Shown: positions 12,870 to 25,850 of the stretch, piece after piece
Position numbering within the stretch: position 1 is the stretch's first letter
Layout of the letters: each line of letters starts with the position of its first letter
Origin: Blasia pusilla
Taxonomy: Eukaryota
Length of the DNA stretch: 64,000 bases
Assembly (NCBI GenBank): GCA_050084515.1
Contig: CM114271.1
Coordinates: 32,860,001-32,924,000 of the forward strand
Reading direction: 5' to 3'
Notes under the pieces: model-generated
Databases searched by the model: none
What the model saw: the letters and a program-made list of their open reading frames with translations, nothing else
Told to the model about the DNA's origin: nothing
Program-made: the position numbers and the translations under genes

Positions 12870-14567
12870 TTTGTAGGAGAAAGAAACATTGGGCTTTACG
12901 ACAGTCCCCGTAAGTATTTACTGGAATATTCAATTCAAAATAATTTTTGATAATGTCGTAGATCGTAAAGTTGTGCACGCTGTGCAATAGACATTGTGTA
13001 ATTTGGAGTTGCAAGCAAAAAGTTATGGTCAATCTTGCAAAAGTGCCATTGTTACGCAATTTTTAGGGTTAAATTCTTCAAACCCTACACCAGCCGCCGC
13101 CTCGGCGAGGGCCGTTGCCGTCATAGTCACCGTCAACGGTCCACCATCACCATCCATCGTCAGTTGCCACCGCCGCCTAGCGTTGCTCAAAGCCGCGTTC
13201 GGCCGCTGTCCACCCTTAGTTGCCATTGCCGCCATTACGGAGTGGAGGGTCTTCCACGACAACCATTGATTCTCTGACTTGCGCCACCACCACGTACTTT
13301 TTTTTTACCGCCATCATCATCGTAGTTTCGTCATTAACCAGTGATGGCAGATGACCTCCGATTATGGTGTTTGAGTTTTCATTTCATGCTGGTATGTTGT
13401 AATTGGTAGACGCTCGACGACGATCGAGTATCATGTCGTGACGCCCGTAGCTGCAATGCACCGCCGTTTTCGCGCCGTGCTGCTCGTGGCCGCACCGCAC
13501 CGTCTTGATTGCGGAGCCGCTCCTTCACTAAGGAGCACAGCGTGTGAATTTCTGATTGAGGAGGATATGCCGCCGAGTGCCACACCCCATTCCCAAGTGC
13601 CGTGTCGTTTGTAGCCATTCCGTGCCGCGAGTGCCGCATCGGACCGTTGGATCTGCACCGCGCATTGAGGAGGTCTGAGCAATGTCAGTACGAGAGGAGT
13701 ACAACTTGCTGATTTGAGGAGTTGTCTTCACAACCGAGTTGGGGTCGAGATTTGTAGTTGATGAGGAGCGACATCGACATTATTATCAGGTTATCCATTC
13801 TGATCTCTTATCCTGCACGTGTGAGGGATTTGCGGATCTTGGGAAGTTATTTAGGATATTGGGTTTTGTGCTGATGGTGATAGCATTGATGATGTATGGG
13901 TTTAGGGGACATATACCTATGTGGGATGTCCAGAGTTGAGGATGGTTTGTCGATGAGATGATAGATTAGTTGATTTGCCGGACCGCACCGCTTGGTGCCA
14001 CACATCATACGTCTCAGTGAGAGAGTGTAGATTAAGTGCCGCATGTTTAGTTTTAGTGATTGAGGGATTACTTTCAAGATTGAGAGTGATCGTGTAAGAG
14101 GGGCACGAGGGCCATCACGGTGTCCTTTCGGGATTTTGAGAGGCGAGGTAGTGGACCTGAGAGTAGCTCTGGAGGCTTCACCCGGAGTGGTGCGAGGTTT
14201 CGAGGGTCTCCACGTGAGAGACCACCTCGATCTCCTTTCGTGTCATCTTCAGATGAGAGGGAGAGTGTAGAGGAGTGTGTTAGTGATCCACCTTACACAT
14301 TGAGTGGTCCTACCAGTTGGGGTTACGAGATGGACGACAGGGGTAGAGGATCGCGTAGGTTTTTGGATGTTGTAGGCACTATAGAGCTATACAACTTCAT
14401 TGAGGAGTTTTGGAGTTGGTGTGACTCACAGCGGGCTAGGAACTCTAGAGAGTTCAACCCGTTTACAGCATGGAACAGTATGTTCTAGCATTTAGAGGGG
14501 ACGCCCATGGACAATTACCATGAGTTCTCCCACAGATATGCCCAGGAGATTGAGCCATGGCGACTCG
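12870..14567 (+). mobile_element. 5' leader and gag start of a Ty3/gypsy relative of the 35952-42917 element, truncated by a CACTA end
   Basis: MDDRGRGSRRFLDVVGTIELYNFIEEFWSWCDSQ...FNPFTAWNSMF*HLEGTPMDNYHEF aligns with the gag at 41061-41264 (MDDMGHRGMRCFSGAVGTIYLDDFIHKFDTWCD...FNPFMAWKGLFQHLEGPAMDYYMEF). The left border is approximate. Confidence 0.75.
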
Positions 14568-16595
14568 CACTAGAAGAAAATGGTGGTTTTTACGACTAGG
14601 AGTTGAATGACTGAGGTTCTTCATGACTCAAACATATGACTAGATTGTCTGGTAGTCAAATGGAAGTCATATCATACGATATAATAATAGAGTTGTAGTC
14701 ATATAACAATATGACTAAGTTATTGAGAATTCCTAGGATATGGCATAGTCATATATGAAATAACTTAGTGATTTTTTGGTCTTGTGTATAGTCATACTAA
14801 AAATTTATATGACTCACTTGTGTAAGAATAAAAAATGACTAAACATATCAAGTCATAAACCAAGTAGAAATAAGGTACACACTTAGGTGAAAAAAAACCG
14901 ATGGGGCTTCTACATTTTCATTAACCTAGTTAAGTGCTTGCTTACGTGGCAGATGACATGGCGTGCTCATGATGCATGAGAAAAAGAAGTGTCTACCGAT
15001 TGGGGGGGGGGAATGTGCGAGGGAGTGTGAGCGAGAGAACCTGATACGAGGGTAGGGCGAGCTAGGCGAAATCTCCGAGGTTAAGGCGATCAATCTAGGG
15101 GCGAGAGAAGGCGAAGGTGCAGAGAGCAGGATGGTTGAAGGCAAAGTTGAAGAGAGTATGTTGGGCACAGGCAAAGGTGATAGAGGTGGAACTAGAAGTC
15201 GCGCATCAAGAAATTGAACTTTGCATTGCAACCGGAGGTGAAGCTGCGAAGGCGCTAGAGGTGACAGAGCTGGATTGTGGTAAGGTCGCCTCATGATTGC
15301 CTCTCTTCCCACGCACCATTGTACTTGGATAGACGTGAGTCCTCGACATGCAATGCCTTCCTTCGTCCACTACGATTTAGCAACACCCCGCACGGATCGC
15401 CCTGCCAAATCTGAGCGCTCCGTCAATTGCCTTTGATTCAAAGAATGAAAGACATATACTTAAACTTGAATGAGGGATTTCTCATCTATAAATCGGACAT
15501 TCAGAGCCCAGATGCTAGCTTCCCACCCTACGCCGGCTACAACAGGATATCAAATCATGCACAACCCCGATGTGGATGCCCATTCAAAGTTTGTTGTGGA
15601 ATTGAGAAAGTCCTCGCCCTTTCACGATACATGACTGCAAGTCTACACTTTATATCAAATCATGTAAAAATGAATCACTAGTTCCTTTTCTAGTTCTGGC
15701 AGGTAAGATATGCTCATAAGATCAATTTTTCATAGGCCTCAAAGCCTCAAGGAGGACCATAACTCCTCTACCTAATGCCGAGAGGTTCAACAATGAGAGA
15801 ATGAGCTCCAAAACTCTCTCTCCTTTGGTATACCCCCTTCCCTCTCCCAAGCTCTCTCCATAGTAAGCTATACTCGTAGGTGAACTACTTGGCTCTTGAC
15901 ATGTTAAAGGAGGTCAAGGGCCAACTATACTCAAAATAGTAATTTACTCAAATTAGTAAGTTTCTCTTTATGACTGCAAATGACTTAAAACGAAGGTGAA
16001 AACTCTTTTTATTGGTCTCCTTTCGCCTCCTTGCCATCGAAGATCATCGCACTGCCCTCCAAAGAATTTGTCTCCATTCTCCACCGATCGCACTCTTGAA
16101 CTGTTGGGGTTTCTATCTGGTTTCATCTATGTGACTATAGATATCATCTTTCTGCTCTTCTGTATAGTAGGGGTAGTGGTCTTCAAAGGCTTGGCTAATC
16201 TGCCTGAAATAGGTCAGGAGTCCGCTATCCTTCCGTCTGAAAAATCTACACCAATGTAGAAACTTAGGTATGCGAATGTGGGGTCCGACTGGGCAGCAAA
16301 GTACTTGAGATTATAATATTTCCCGTAGACAGGTGTGTCAGACAATTGATGTATAACTCTTAAGATACTTCTGGGGTCCTACTGGGCAGCAAAGTACCTG
16401 AGACTATAATATTTCCCGTAAGCAAGAGTGTCGGACAATTGATGTACAACTCTTAAGATACATACGGGTGTAGAAACATAGATATTTGTAGATATGGTGT
16501 GAATGTAGATGGTGAACAATCTACATTCACACCATGTAGATTGTTCACCATGTAGATGAGGAACAATCTACATGGTGTGAATGTGACCAGTAGTG
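14568..16595 (+). mobile_element. Non-autonomous CACTA-like composite element, copy 1
   Basis: Starts CACTA, ends TAGTG and has ATGACTA/TAGTCAT subterminal repeats. It carries an LTR fragment (15738-15995), a 93-bp tandem repeat (16280-16461) and a palindromic array (16494-16583). There is no transposase and no 3-bp TSD. Confidence 0.7.
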
Positions 16596-17267
16596 TATCT
16601 CTGCTCGAAAAAGTACATCTTATATGCTACAACTTTGAAAAAATAAATCTCAAAAAAATAAATTTTAATTGTGGTTGTTTTTACTTGTTGATTAAACTAT
16701 CAATAATGGACTTACAAAGTCTTACTTTCATATTCTAGTCATAAGAGATCCGCTACAAGATTTTCCTTTTCATTGGATTTCTATTAATATATTTCTAAAT
16801 GAATATTCCCATTGCTACTATCTCATTGAATATAATTTGTGAGACCCATTCACATATCTTTAAAGTGCAAAAAAAATCCCAAAAAAGAAGAAAGAATATC
16901 TCATTATTCAATTTTGTTACTCATAAACTCCATTACTTTATGCTTGTACCAATAAGGACACATTTTCCTCTATTTGCAAACACTTTGAATTGATAATATA
17001 TATGTCTTCAAGAATGTAAAAATAATGTTGAATTTTATAAATACCTTGATAAATTAAAAAATAAACATAGAATCATTTTTCCAAGATTTTGAAGTGATTT
17101 TAAGAATCCTTACATTTTCCATGCATCAAAAGATTTAGGGGTAGGATCTCATCTTTTGAAATGGGGAAAAAGGCTTAAAAGGTGTTATTTTTTTTATCTA
17201 TCTATGATACGTAATTACAATTCGATATTGTATTTTTTTTATAAGTGTGATTGAAATGAGTTAATTA

Positions 17268-17570
17268 TCTATATTATTAATCTCTTCCCTTCACGGCCTA
17301 TATACTAGCTCTTCGAACATTTTTTTATTTCATGTGCATCGCACATGCACCTTATCTATATTATTATGGGAGAGTGTCTTCTTGATTTGCAAACATCTCT
17401 AATCTTGACATGTGGTAACTAGGCAGTAAGAAAATGTCTTACATGCTACGGGAAGTAAGAAAAAAAGTTTGAATTTATGTGCAGCATCATTAATCTTTCC
17501 CTTCACAGGCTATACATCAGCTCTTCAAACACTTTTTCATTTTGTGTGCATCGCACATGCACCTTACTAG
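17268..17570 (+). mobile_element. Tandem pair of short non-autonomous Helitrons (TC...hairpin...CTAG)
   Basis: A|TCTATATTATTA starts at 17268 and 17355. The hairpin (G/A)TGTGCATCGCACAT occurs twice. The pair ends CCTTACTAG|T at 17570, i.e. inserted between A and T. Confidence 0.8.
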
Positions 17571-20096
17571 TTGAGAGAGAGAGAGAGAGAGTGATTGATT
17601 GATTTTGGATAGGTGAGAGGAATTTATCCATGCTAACTTAAGGCAAGAGAGTCTTTTGTAAGAAAAAAACACTTATTTTTAAATTTTTCATATGAGAGGG
17701 GAGGAGAGAGAAAAATATAATTTTTAACCAAAGACGCAAAAAGAAGAAATAAATTCCTTGCAAGAAAAAAATTTTACAAGTAATTTCAAATAGGATTTGG
17801 GAAGAGAATGAACAAAACCTCATTAGCTCTCTTTCAGGATCAATGAATGAGTATCATATGTGAAATTTGTCCATGGAGCCAATTAATGCATCTTTTTTAA
17901 GACTCTACAAAGTAGAATAAAGTAGAAAAGTAGAATGAGGGGAAGGTTTTGATAATTAAATTAATCCTTTATTATAAATTTTAAAAATAATAGTAATTCA
18001 TAGATTAGATTAAAAGATTTAAATAAATCCCAATGAAATCTTTTAAAGTATACCTTGTGTATATTATCTTTTCTCATTTGGAACTTTAAAATTATTTTTA
18101 AGGATTCATGCTAAAAATTGTTACAAATTTAATTTTTAAGCTCAATTTGGAAATTTTACTATTTTTAGAATGAAAATTTAAAAAAATGGAATAATAATTA
18201 TTCTTTAAAATAAAATAAATTATATTTTGATTTTATTTTTATTCTCAAGCTTGGTTGGAAGAAATATTTAATCTTTATTTTTGGGGAAAAATCATCAAAA
18301 TAAGTGATTTTCTTATATTAATTGGAAGAAAGGAATTAAAAATTAATAAATTATTTTTCCCCAATTAATAAATGTTAAGTAATAAATACTCAAGTTAGAT
18401 GTTTGATTTAAAAACTATGTCTTCACTATTTTTTTCCTTTTTAATGTTAAAATCTATGAATTCGCCATATATCCAAAAAAATCACATTTTTATTCTCCAT
18501 ATGTTAGTCTTTTCATTTCCAAGCATATCACCTAGTGAAAAAATTTATTAGTTCTCTTGATAGAGAATCAAAAAGGGAGAGACATGAAATTTGTGGAGGT
18601 ACAAAGAGAGATTGGCCCTCATCTCTAACCCACACAAAATATTAACATTTGAACAAGAAAAAATCATTTTTATGCAACAAATTTTCTAACAAAATTTTTT
18701 TGAACATTAATCTTCTTAATTCCTAACACAATTTCCTAAGATTATATGTAGGGTGATTAACTATTTTTCAGCTTGTCTTTAAATGGAAGCCCCCTTCTAA
18801 ATCAACTATGGGAAAGTATTATATTTGTCCTTACATGCAATGGCCTAGTTACAAGAATCTCCAAGGTTTAGGGAACTTCGTCTCCTAACAAGAATGGCCA
18901 TAATTAGTCTACTTCCCAACAAGAACTCAAGGAAGGGCCCTATAAACAAATGAAACCGGGACGGATGGCTGGGAATTAAGGCAAAATGTGAGAACCTCTC
19001 AAACATTTGGTTAATATGGGGGGAAATAATGAGGGAGCCAATAATACAAAATAAGAACCAATGATAGAACACAAGGGATCAATATGAGCCCATCCATACA
19101 TGAATGGGAGGATCAATATTTTCTAGTGACCAATTTTTTTTCATGTAGTTTTTTTATGGGTGACCAATTTTAGGGTGGAAGGAAAAAATAATTATTAAAA
19201 GAATCAAAAGATATCGGTATATTTTTTACTAGTATCAAAAGACATCGTGCATTGTTGCATCATACAGGCTAAGCATCCTCGATGCTTTGCTTCTATGATT
19301 CAACTCTAATCTATATTATTATTTGAAGAGTGTCCCTTCATTTCTCTCTTATCGACACATTAACATTTTCAAAGCACCATAAAAGGCTCATTATTATTTA
19401 ATGTGGGGTAGATAATCCCTTACACGTTCTTTTTTTACCATCTATCTATCAACATGTTTGATAATTATTTTCTCTAAACATCGACTCAATAGGCCCCCTG
19501 CGACGAACACGCATCTCAATTGTCGCCCCTACTAAACAATTAGGTTAATCGCCCTCGGATTTTTCCTGTATTTCTAGATCATCCTTGAACCGGTAGTAAC
19601 AGGAAGAACAATATCTTCCCAACCAGTTCTTCTCTAGTAGAGGCAAGTGGACCAGCTTTGACGCAAGCATCACGAGATGAGGACGGGGTCCGTAAGGTGC
19701 AATTGCAAAGATTGAAGGTATGACATGACGATTGAAAATTAATGAAAACTTGCTAGATCTTATTAGTGTAGCATTTGAACATCTTGTCAGATATTTTGGA
19801 GTTGGACTAGATTGTGTTTAACACGACATTGCCTCTCTCAACTAGATTTAAGAGAGTCTATAGTATCCCCGGTTGCAAGGGTAAGCTTTTCTTGCGTAAC
19901 CCCTACACCCAACCTCACCTCGATAAGAATGTTGAACTAGAACATACCTACTCCTCGAGAAAGTAGTCGGTGTGGGGGCGACTAACCTAATTTCTTACTA
20001 GGATGGCGCATTCGTTAGAGGAGAGCGATTGAGTGGATGTTTGTTATTTTCTCTCCTCCCCCCATAGGAATAGTCCATTAAAAAGACCCCGAAAAA

Positions 20097-20320
20097 TCTA
20101 TATTATTATGGAAGAGTGCCTTCTTGATTTGCAAGCATGTCTAAGTTTGACATGTGGCACTTGGACAATTTGACATGTGGTACTTGGACGGCAAAAAAAT
20201 GCTTCACATGCTACGAGTGGCAAAGAAAATTTTAAATTTTTATGCAATATCACTCATCCCTTCCTTTCACAAATTGCATACCGACAAAAATTCTTGAAAA
20301 ACTTTTTAATGTTTCGTGCT
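20097..20320 (+). mobile_element. 3'-truncated copy of the same short Helitron family (another 5' end at 19310)
   Basis: A|TCTATATTATTATGGAAGAGTGCCTTCTTGATTTGCAAGCAT..., homologous to 17355-17550. Confidence 0.7.
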
Positions 20321-21225
20321 AATAGACATTTATTTGTATGGGACTTGCAGTACAAAAGCTCTCCGTCTTATGAACTAAAAAAAAGAAACGAGGGCCGTTG
20401 TGATTTTAACGGCCTGCGGCTTCAAATCGCGATTGCCAGGGAGAATATGTTGACTTGAGATGTCATTAGTGCCACACGACATGCTTCACACGAAACAGAT
20501 TTCTCCGCGTTGTGCATGGGACTTGAGTTCGCCGAAGCGTGCGAGTCGCACGAGTTGATGGGGCTGCCGCTCGACACACTCTCACACACAGATGGAGTTG
20601 GCCAAATGTGGGAACTTTGGTGCGATGCGGCGTTCTACATGGAACTGCCGCTCGCCGGAGTGTACAACAGGGTTAGGGGAGTTTTTTTGGAATTGTCGGG
20701 TTATTACTGGTATAATTGATATTTTCTTGGATATTATTTGTAGGTGCCGGTTGTAGCCGAAAAATTTGTAGCTTTCCAATTATTTTCAGAAAATTATTTT
20801 TCTCGTCGATTAAAATCCAATATTTTTTTTAATATTCTTCTTATTTTTGGGGTTGAATTTTTTTCTCTGCCAATTTCCGACCGAACTTTGTGAAGCTGGC
20901 CAAAAATCGGCTGTTCCTAACTCGGCCGGAATTTTTTTTCTTCACACACTCCTTATATTCTTCACAACCGTGCAATGCTCAAAAACCTGATTCCTGATAT
21001 CAAATTCTTCCCCTAAGTAGACATGCATTCTTCTAGTATGCAGTAAAAAATGCGATCCTCTAATACCAAAAAAATTAATCATCCTTAACAATAATTGAAC
21101 CTGACAGAACTCCCACCAGTTGGGAGTCAAGGTTCCTACGCCTCTTGAATACTTGGAGCCATGAGACTCCCAATATTCAAGAAGGGTCTTACTTCCTAAA
21201 ACCTAAATGATCAAAGTCTTCTAAT

Positions 21226-22700
21226 CTAGAGGGGTTTCAGTAACTTCAACTTCATCATTCGGGAAAAATATCTATCATGATTTGCAAATAGATATTTAAA
21301 ATGAGCATAATTCTTCCACAATATCACAGACTCAAACAACATCTCGTAATCAAAGGAAGGTCCTTCTAAGGCAATCCTCAAGACAACATCTAAATACTTT
21401 GTGGTCAACCTATTACGAGATTTAGTCTTACTCGTGTTTTGAATGGAAAAGGCTCTCTCATATATGGCAATACTTATACTCTGGACTCTAGTTATATTTG
21501 CCAAAATCAACAAATTAGAAAACTTACATTGTAATGAGGGACTCCAACTTACCATCTCCCACAAGTCTATGTAGTTGCGATCCTTCCATTCAATGATAGC
21601 CATCAATTTGAAAGATTGGAACTCTTGCTTAACAATCAAAGAATTGATGATAATCGGTTACGACACGCTCCGTAACGGCAATTGATTTTCCAAAAAAACC
21701 ACACAAATAATCTAAATATTTACACCCCCAACTATTCAATCCCACTTGCCGAGAAGGCATATGCAAAAGATTGAGTATTCTCATAAATCCAATCAGGATC
21801 TTATCTCGAAATCGCTCATGTAAAGATGTACCACACTTTCGACAAACCTTTTCTGAAAGAATAATGGAGCCTGTAAGTCCCTTCCAATACGATCTAGAAA
21901 CATAGCAATACTATAAAACTTGTTTCCCCTCATCTCCGACTGTAAATGACAAAGATAACCACCAGATGACCCAAAATCAAGAAGTATATGATAACATGTT
22001 TCTTCAGAGAAGGTGAAGGCATTCAAATTTTGAGTTTCCATAATAAATTTCATGATAGTATATGATAACGTGTGTCTTCTGAGAAGGTGGAGGCATTCAA
22101 GTCTTGAATTTCCATGACAAAATTCATGATAATCCTAGCTATCTCCGAATTCACAATGCTCCCTATAGTGCTAACATCCACAAACTTGCACTAAAATATC
22201 TTCCTCACATTTGCAAGCATGCAAACAAGGCCTCCAAATTTCAAAAATGGCATAACCTCTTTCGTAAGAAGTATGCACACTTAAACAATATCAACAGAAC
22301 TATTTCACAAATGCGGTTGGTGGTGGCAATGGCCAAGGCCATTGACTTCTTACCCCCATGTGCAACCCATACAACCTTGATGTGTTCATCGGACTTGGCA
22401 TAATCAGTGAAGGCTGAAACCTTACAAGTTAATTGCTCCATCTCTTTAAAAAAGATTCTACCAAGGGTTAAATCCCACTCAATCCAATCATACATTGAAC
22501 ACCATACCTCCTTCCATGCTACACAAACTTTTCCAGGTTCATCCACATTACTTCCTCACGGAGGCGACACATCTCTATCATCAGATGAACTAGACAATGC
22601 GATAATATCAACTGCACCATTGATTTGTTCCTTTCCTAGGAAGGAAGTCATTGTCTTTTGTCTCTTGTGCAATACTGGAGAGTGGACAACTATCTGGACT
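21226..22700 (-). mobile_element. hAT-superfamily (ZNF862-like) transposase remnant, internally deleted
   Basis: C-terminal dimerisation domain NLLILANITRVQSISIAIYERAFSIQNTSKTKSRNRLTTKYLDVVLRIALEGP and an N-terminal W..YDWIEW...RIFFKE TTF-finger-like block. It has stops and frameshifts and is too short to hold a full DDE core. Confidence 0.8.
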
Positions 22701-23459
22701 ACAAATTGAGAAAGAAGGGCTACCCCACAAAAATAAGCTAGAACAGAGGAGCTGCAATGAGCTTGAGAACTTCACGAGAAGAAGTAGCGGCGGCTGCGCG
22801 GTTTGGAAAGGCCCCCCCTAATGTAGGCGAGTTGCCGAGCAACAGAGCAGACTGATGCAGACTTGCTAAAGAAACAAATAAGAAATACATCCCTGCCGCC
22901 TAAGAGAACACAATCCGACAACAATGGAGGGCAGCAACCTTTCCAAGAGTCACCACTTGCCACATTGAGCGGTCCCCACCCCGATCCCTAGCAGCAACGC
23001 TACCAAGCCCACTGAAAACGACCGAGCCAAGGCTGCCAAGCAACAATGCGAGCAGCAAACTTACAGGATTGCCCATCACAACAGCAACGAGCAGAGCGCC
23101 AGGAGCGGAGCTATAGAAGATTTTGCAACAGGAGAACTGGAAGCGAGAGACAAGCACCAGAGCAATAGCACGAGACTCGACAAGAGATGAGCACTGAGCA
23201 ACAACGCAAGTGATGTCTGTGAAGGGCAGAACGGTGAGCACTAAGCCGCAAGCTTGTAGGATTCAATAGCAGCAGCAACGTTGCCGCTGGTAGGATTCAA
23301 TGGCAGCAGCAACAATGCGGAGCACTAGAATAGTGAACTCGGGGAGAGACGGACACTCAAACAGCGAGGCGAATGGCAGAAATGCGAGCGGCGAGAGCAA
23401 CGAGGCAAAGGGTTGGGAGCAGAGACTCCACAAGTGCACAACATGCGCATGAGGCTACC

Positions 23460-23851
23460 AGGGCATATGCCACTTCTACTTCCATCCGTCCAATTCAGAT
23501 CGGACAGCTCTGCTTAGTGTGCTCTAAATGGGCTTAGGGCACACATTTGAGCAGACAAGCTAGATCCAGCCGTCTTCCCCTTAGTGAATCCTGAGTCACT
23601 TATATTTTTCCGGCAACCGACACTCCAACCAGTAACCAGTTTCCCTACCTGGACGACGCTACCTTCCGACGCCTTCCTCCCAGGAAACAGTCAAATTCCG
23701 GCGTCTGGTTGGCTTGCCTGACAGTTACCGGTATCTACCGGATTTCACCCAGACCTGCTGTCGGGAATTGTTTCAAGTGCTCAGAAATTTTAGAAAACAG
23801 CCGGGCATATTTTAGAATTGGACGGATGGAAGTAGAAGTGGCATATCCCCT
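23460..23851. mobile_element. MITE-like element with 37-bp terminal inverted repeats
   Basis: AGGGCATATGCCACTTCTACTTCCATCCGTCCAATTC (23460-23496) and its reverse complement at 23815-23851, with one mismatch. No clear TSD. Confidence 0.6.
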
Positions 23852-25850
23852 TGGGCAGCTAAATTTATCTTCCTCCCGTCTGGGGGACTGGAGAACGGTA
23901 GGAGGCTGGGCAATAGGTTCCAAGTTCCCATGTAGGAATCTTCGTTCAGTAATGCGCGGAGATCTTTCTGCCTGCCGTAAGTATTGAGCTCCATCTACTC
24001 CTCTTAGATGCTTAATTTTGGTATGAATGGGCTCCTAGATGCCTAGTACTAGTATGAAAGGCTCCAAAACCATGCAAACCAATAACATTGAATTGACCAG
24101 GTGAATTCAAAAGATACTCTCACGAGTCAAAGTTTGAAAGCAACTTAACCAAGCAACTTACCCTTCGGGAGACCTAAGGCCTTAAAATCCTTTCAGCTGT
24201 GGGCAAAAAACTGACGGTTCTGTGATGCACAACTGCAAGTTTACAAGGGAATACTATCACTTTGAAATCCTTTCCACCGAGGTGTACAAATGACATCTTA
24301 AAGAAACCCCTTTCGGCCGAGGTGTACAAATGACAGCTTAAAAACACCCCAACTCCCCTACAAACCTTCCAGCTTCAGCCTGTCTCTTCCTATCAATGTC
24401 ATCCTTCATATATCTGTGAGCTAGTTCTCTCGAGAATGGGACACTTTACCTAACCTCTCTCATTAAGGATCAACATTTCTAGAATTGCACCGGTCCTAGT
24501 CAGAAAACCCAAGAACAGGGCCCCACCCTGACTTGTTACCTACACAGCATCTGCACTGTACAGTGACACCAATTGAGCATAGTAGAGTTTTGAATGCAAA
24601 AAAGCCAATATTTCATTATGTGAAATCGGACACTCCCCATAACATACTGACTTTGCAGCAAAGAACTCACCCCTACAGGATGAACCCATCCCCCAAGCAG
24701 TCCATATCTTTACTGATGGTCATTAGGCATCTTACTGAAACACTTATCCTACGTCCTTTCAGTAAGATGTGTCGTCTAAATCATAGCACTCCTCCAATAA
24801 GATTAGGTTGTAGGGTAAGGAAAGCAGGGAGATCTAGCCTGACCATAACTAACTGATTAGTCATTCAAAATCTTGCTCACTACCTGAGACTTCCTCCTGA
24901 CAGACAAGATATACATGAGGTTCAATTACCCCAAAACGAGAACTGTGCATCAGAATCGCTGGCAGTGTAACAAAGACAACGTATTCCCAAAATAACTAAG
25001 ATAATCTAACCTTTTCTTTCAGACTGCAGTACTCAAGACCTGTGTCCACCCTGGAATGTCTGTACAAAACCTCATTGAGACAAAGTTGAATGGGACACAG
25101 CCATAGCACCTGACCAAGACTTTGCTTCACTATAACACCCATCAGAACAACCAGGAACATTGGTATGAGTAAAAACTCAGGAAAGAGACCGACTCCAAGA
25201 AGTCAATTGATTTAACAACACTAAGGCAGATTGCCCACTGATCACGTCCCTTTACACTGATGTATACTCACTCTAGACTCTAGTTCTATGATGAGTTATC
25301 TTAATGCAAGGTCTCCTACATAGAAACAGCAAATCCTGCAAAACAGAGATACAGACAGCTGATCATCAAGTGAAACCTGAAATACTCCGTATACTACCTG
25401 CAACAACAACCCCATATAATAATGGAATCCACACCATTCACATTTTTTAAAACAGTTTCCTCCTCCCAATTCTGCCAGATAGAAACTAGACCTCGCCCAG
25501 AAGGAAATTTACTAAGCTTAAGGTAGTTCACAAATTCTTTAAAATTTGGGGACACCACTTGAAAGCCATACTACAAAACCTACCATGGTTGCAGATACCA
25601 AGTACATCCCAGTATAACCTTTTCCTCATTGCTAGTGGCCGCAAGCCTTCTAATACTACAGAATCAACACAGCTATGATAAACCTGGAGGATGACTTATG
25701 TCACAAATTTTAGGAATACTACTGATGATGTTAAGTCCTCCATTAAAATTGATTTGCTCCAAAAAAGCTTCCCATCAACTTAGTGAAAGAAGAAAGAACT
25801 GATAAAGCTCAAGATAAAGACACACCTAATAGTTACATCACTTGACTGAA

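Noticed and set aside
15300-15681. Duplicated ORFs and a WQGDPC peptide suggesting an LRR-RLK fragment
   Set aside because: Their identity is explained by the recent duplication, and the residues flanking WQGDPC do not fit a malectin/LRR context.
20668-20950. CAGGGTTAGGGGAG as the hAT terminal inverted repeat
   Set aside because: No matching partner TIR or 8-bp TSD was found in the window.
25285-25365. Possible C/D-box snoRNA (TGATGA...CTGA)
   Set aside because: No terminal stem or recognisable rRNA antisense element, and it lies on the strand opposite the neighbouring gene.
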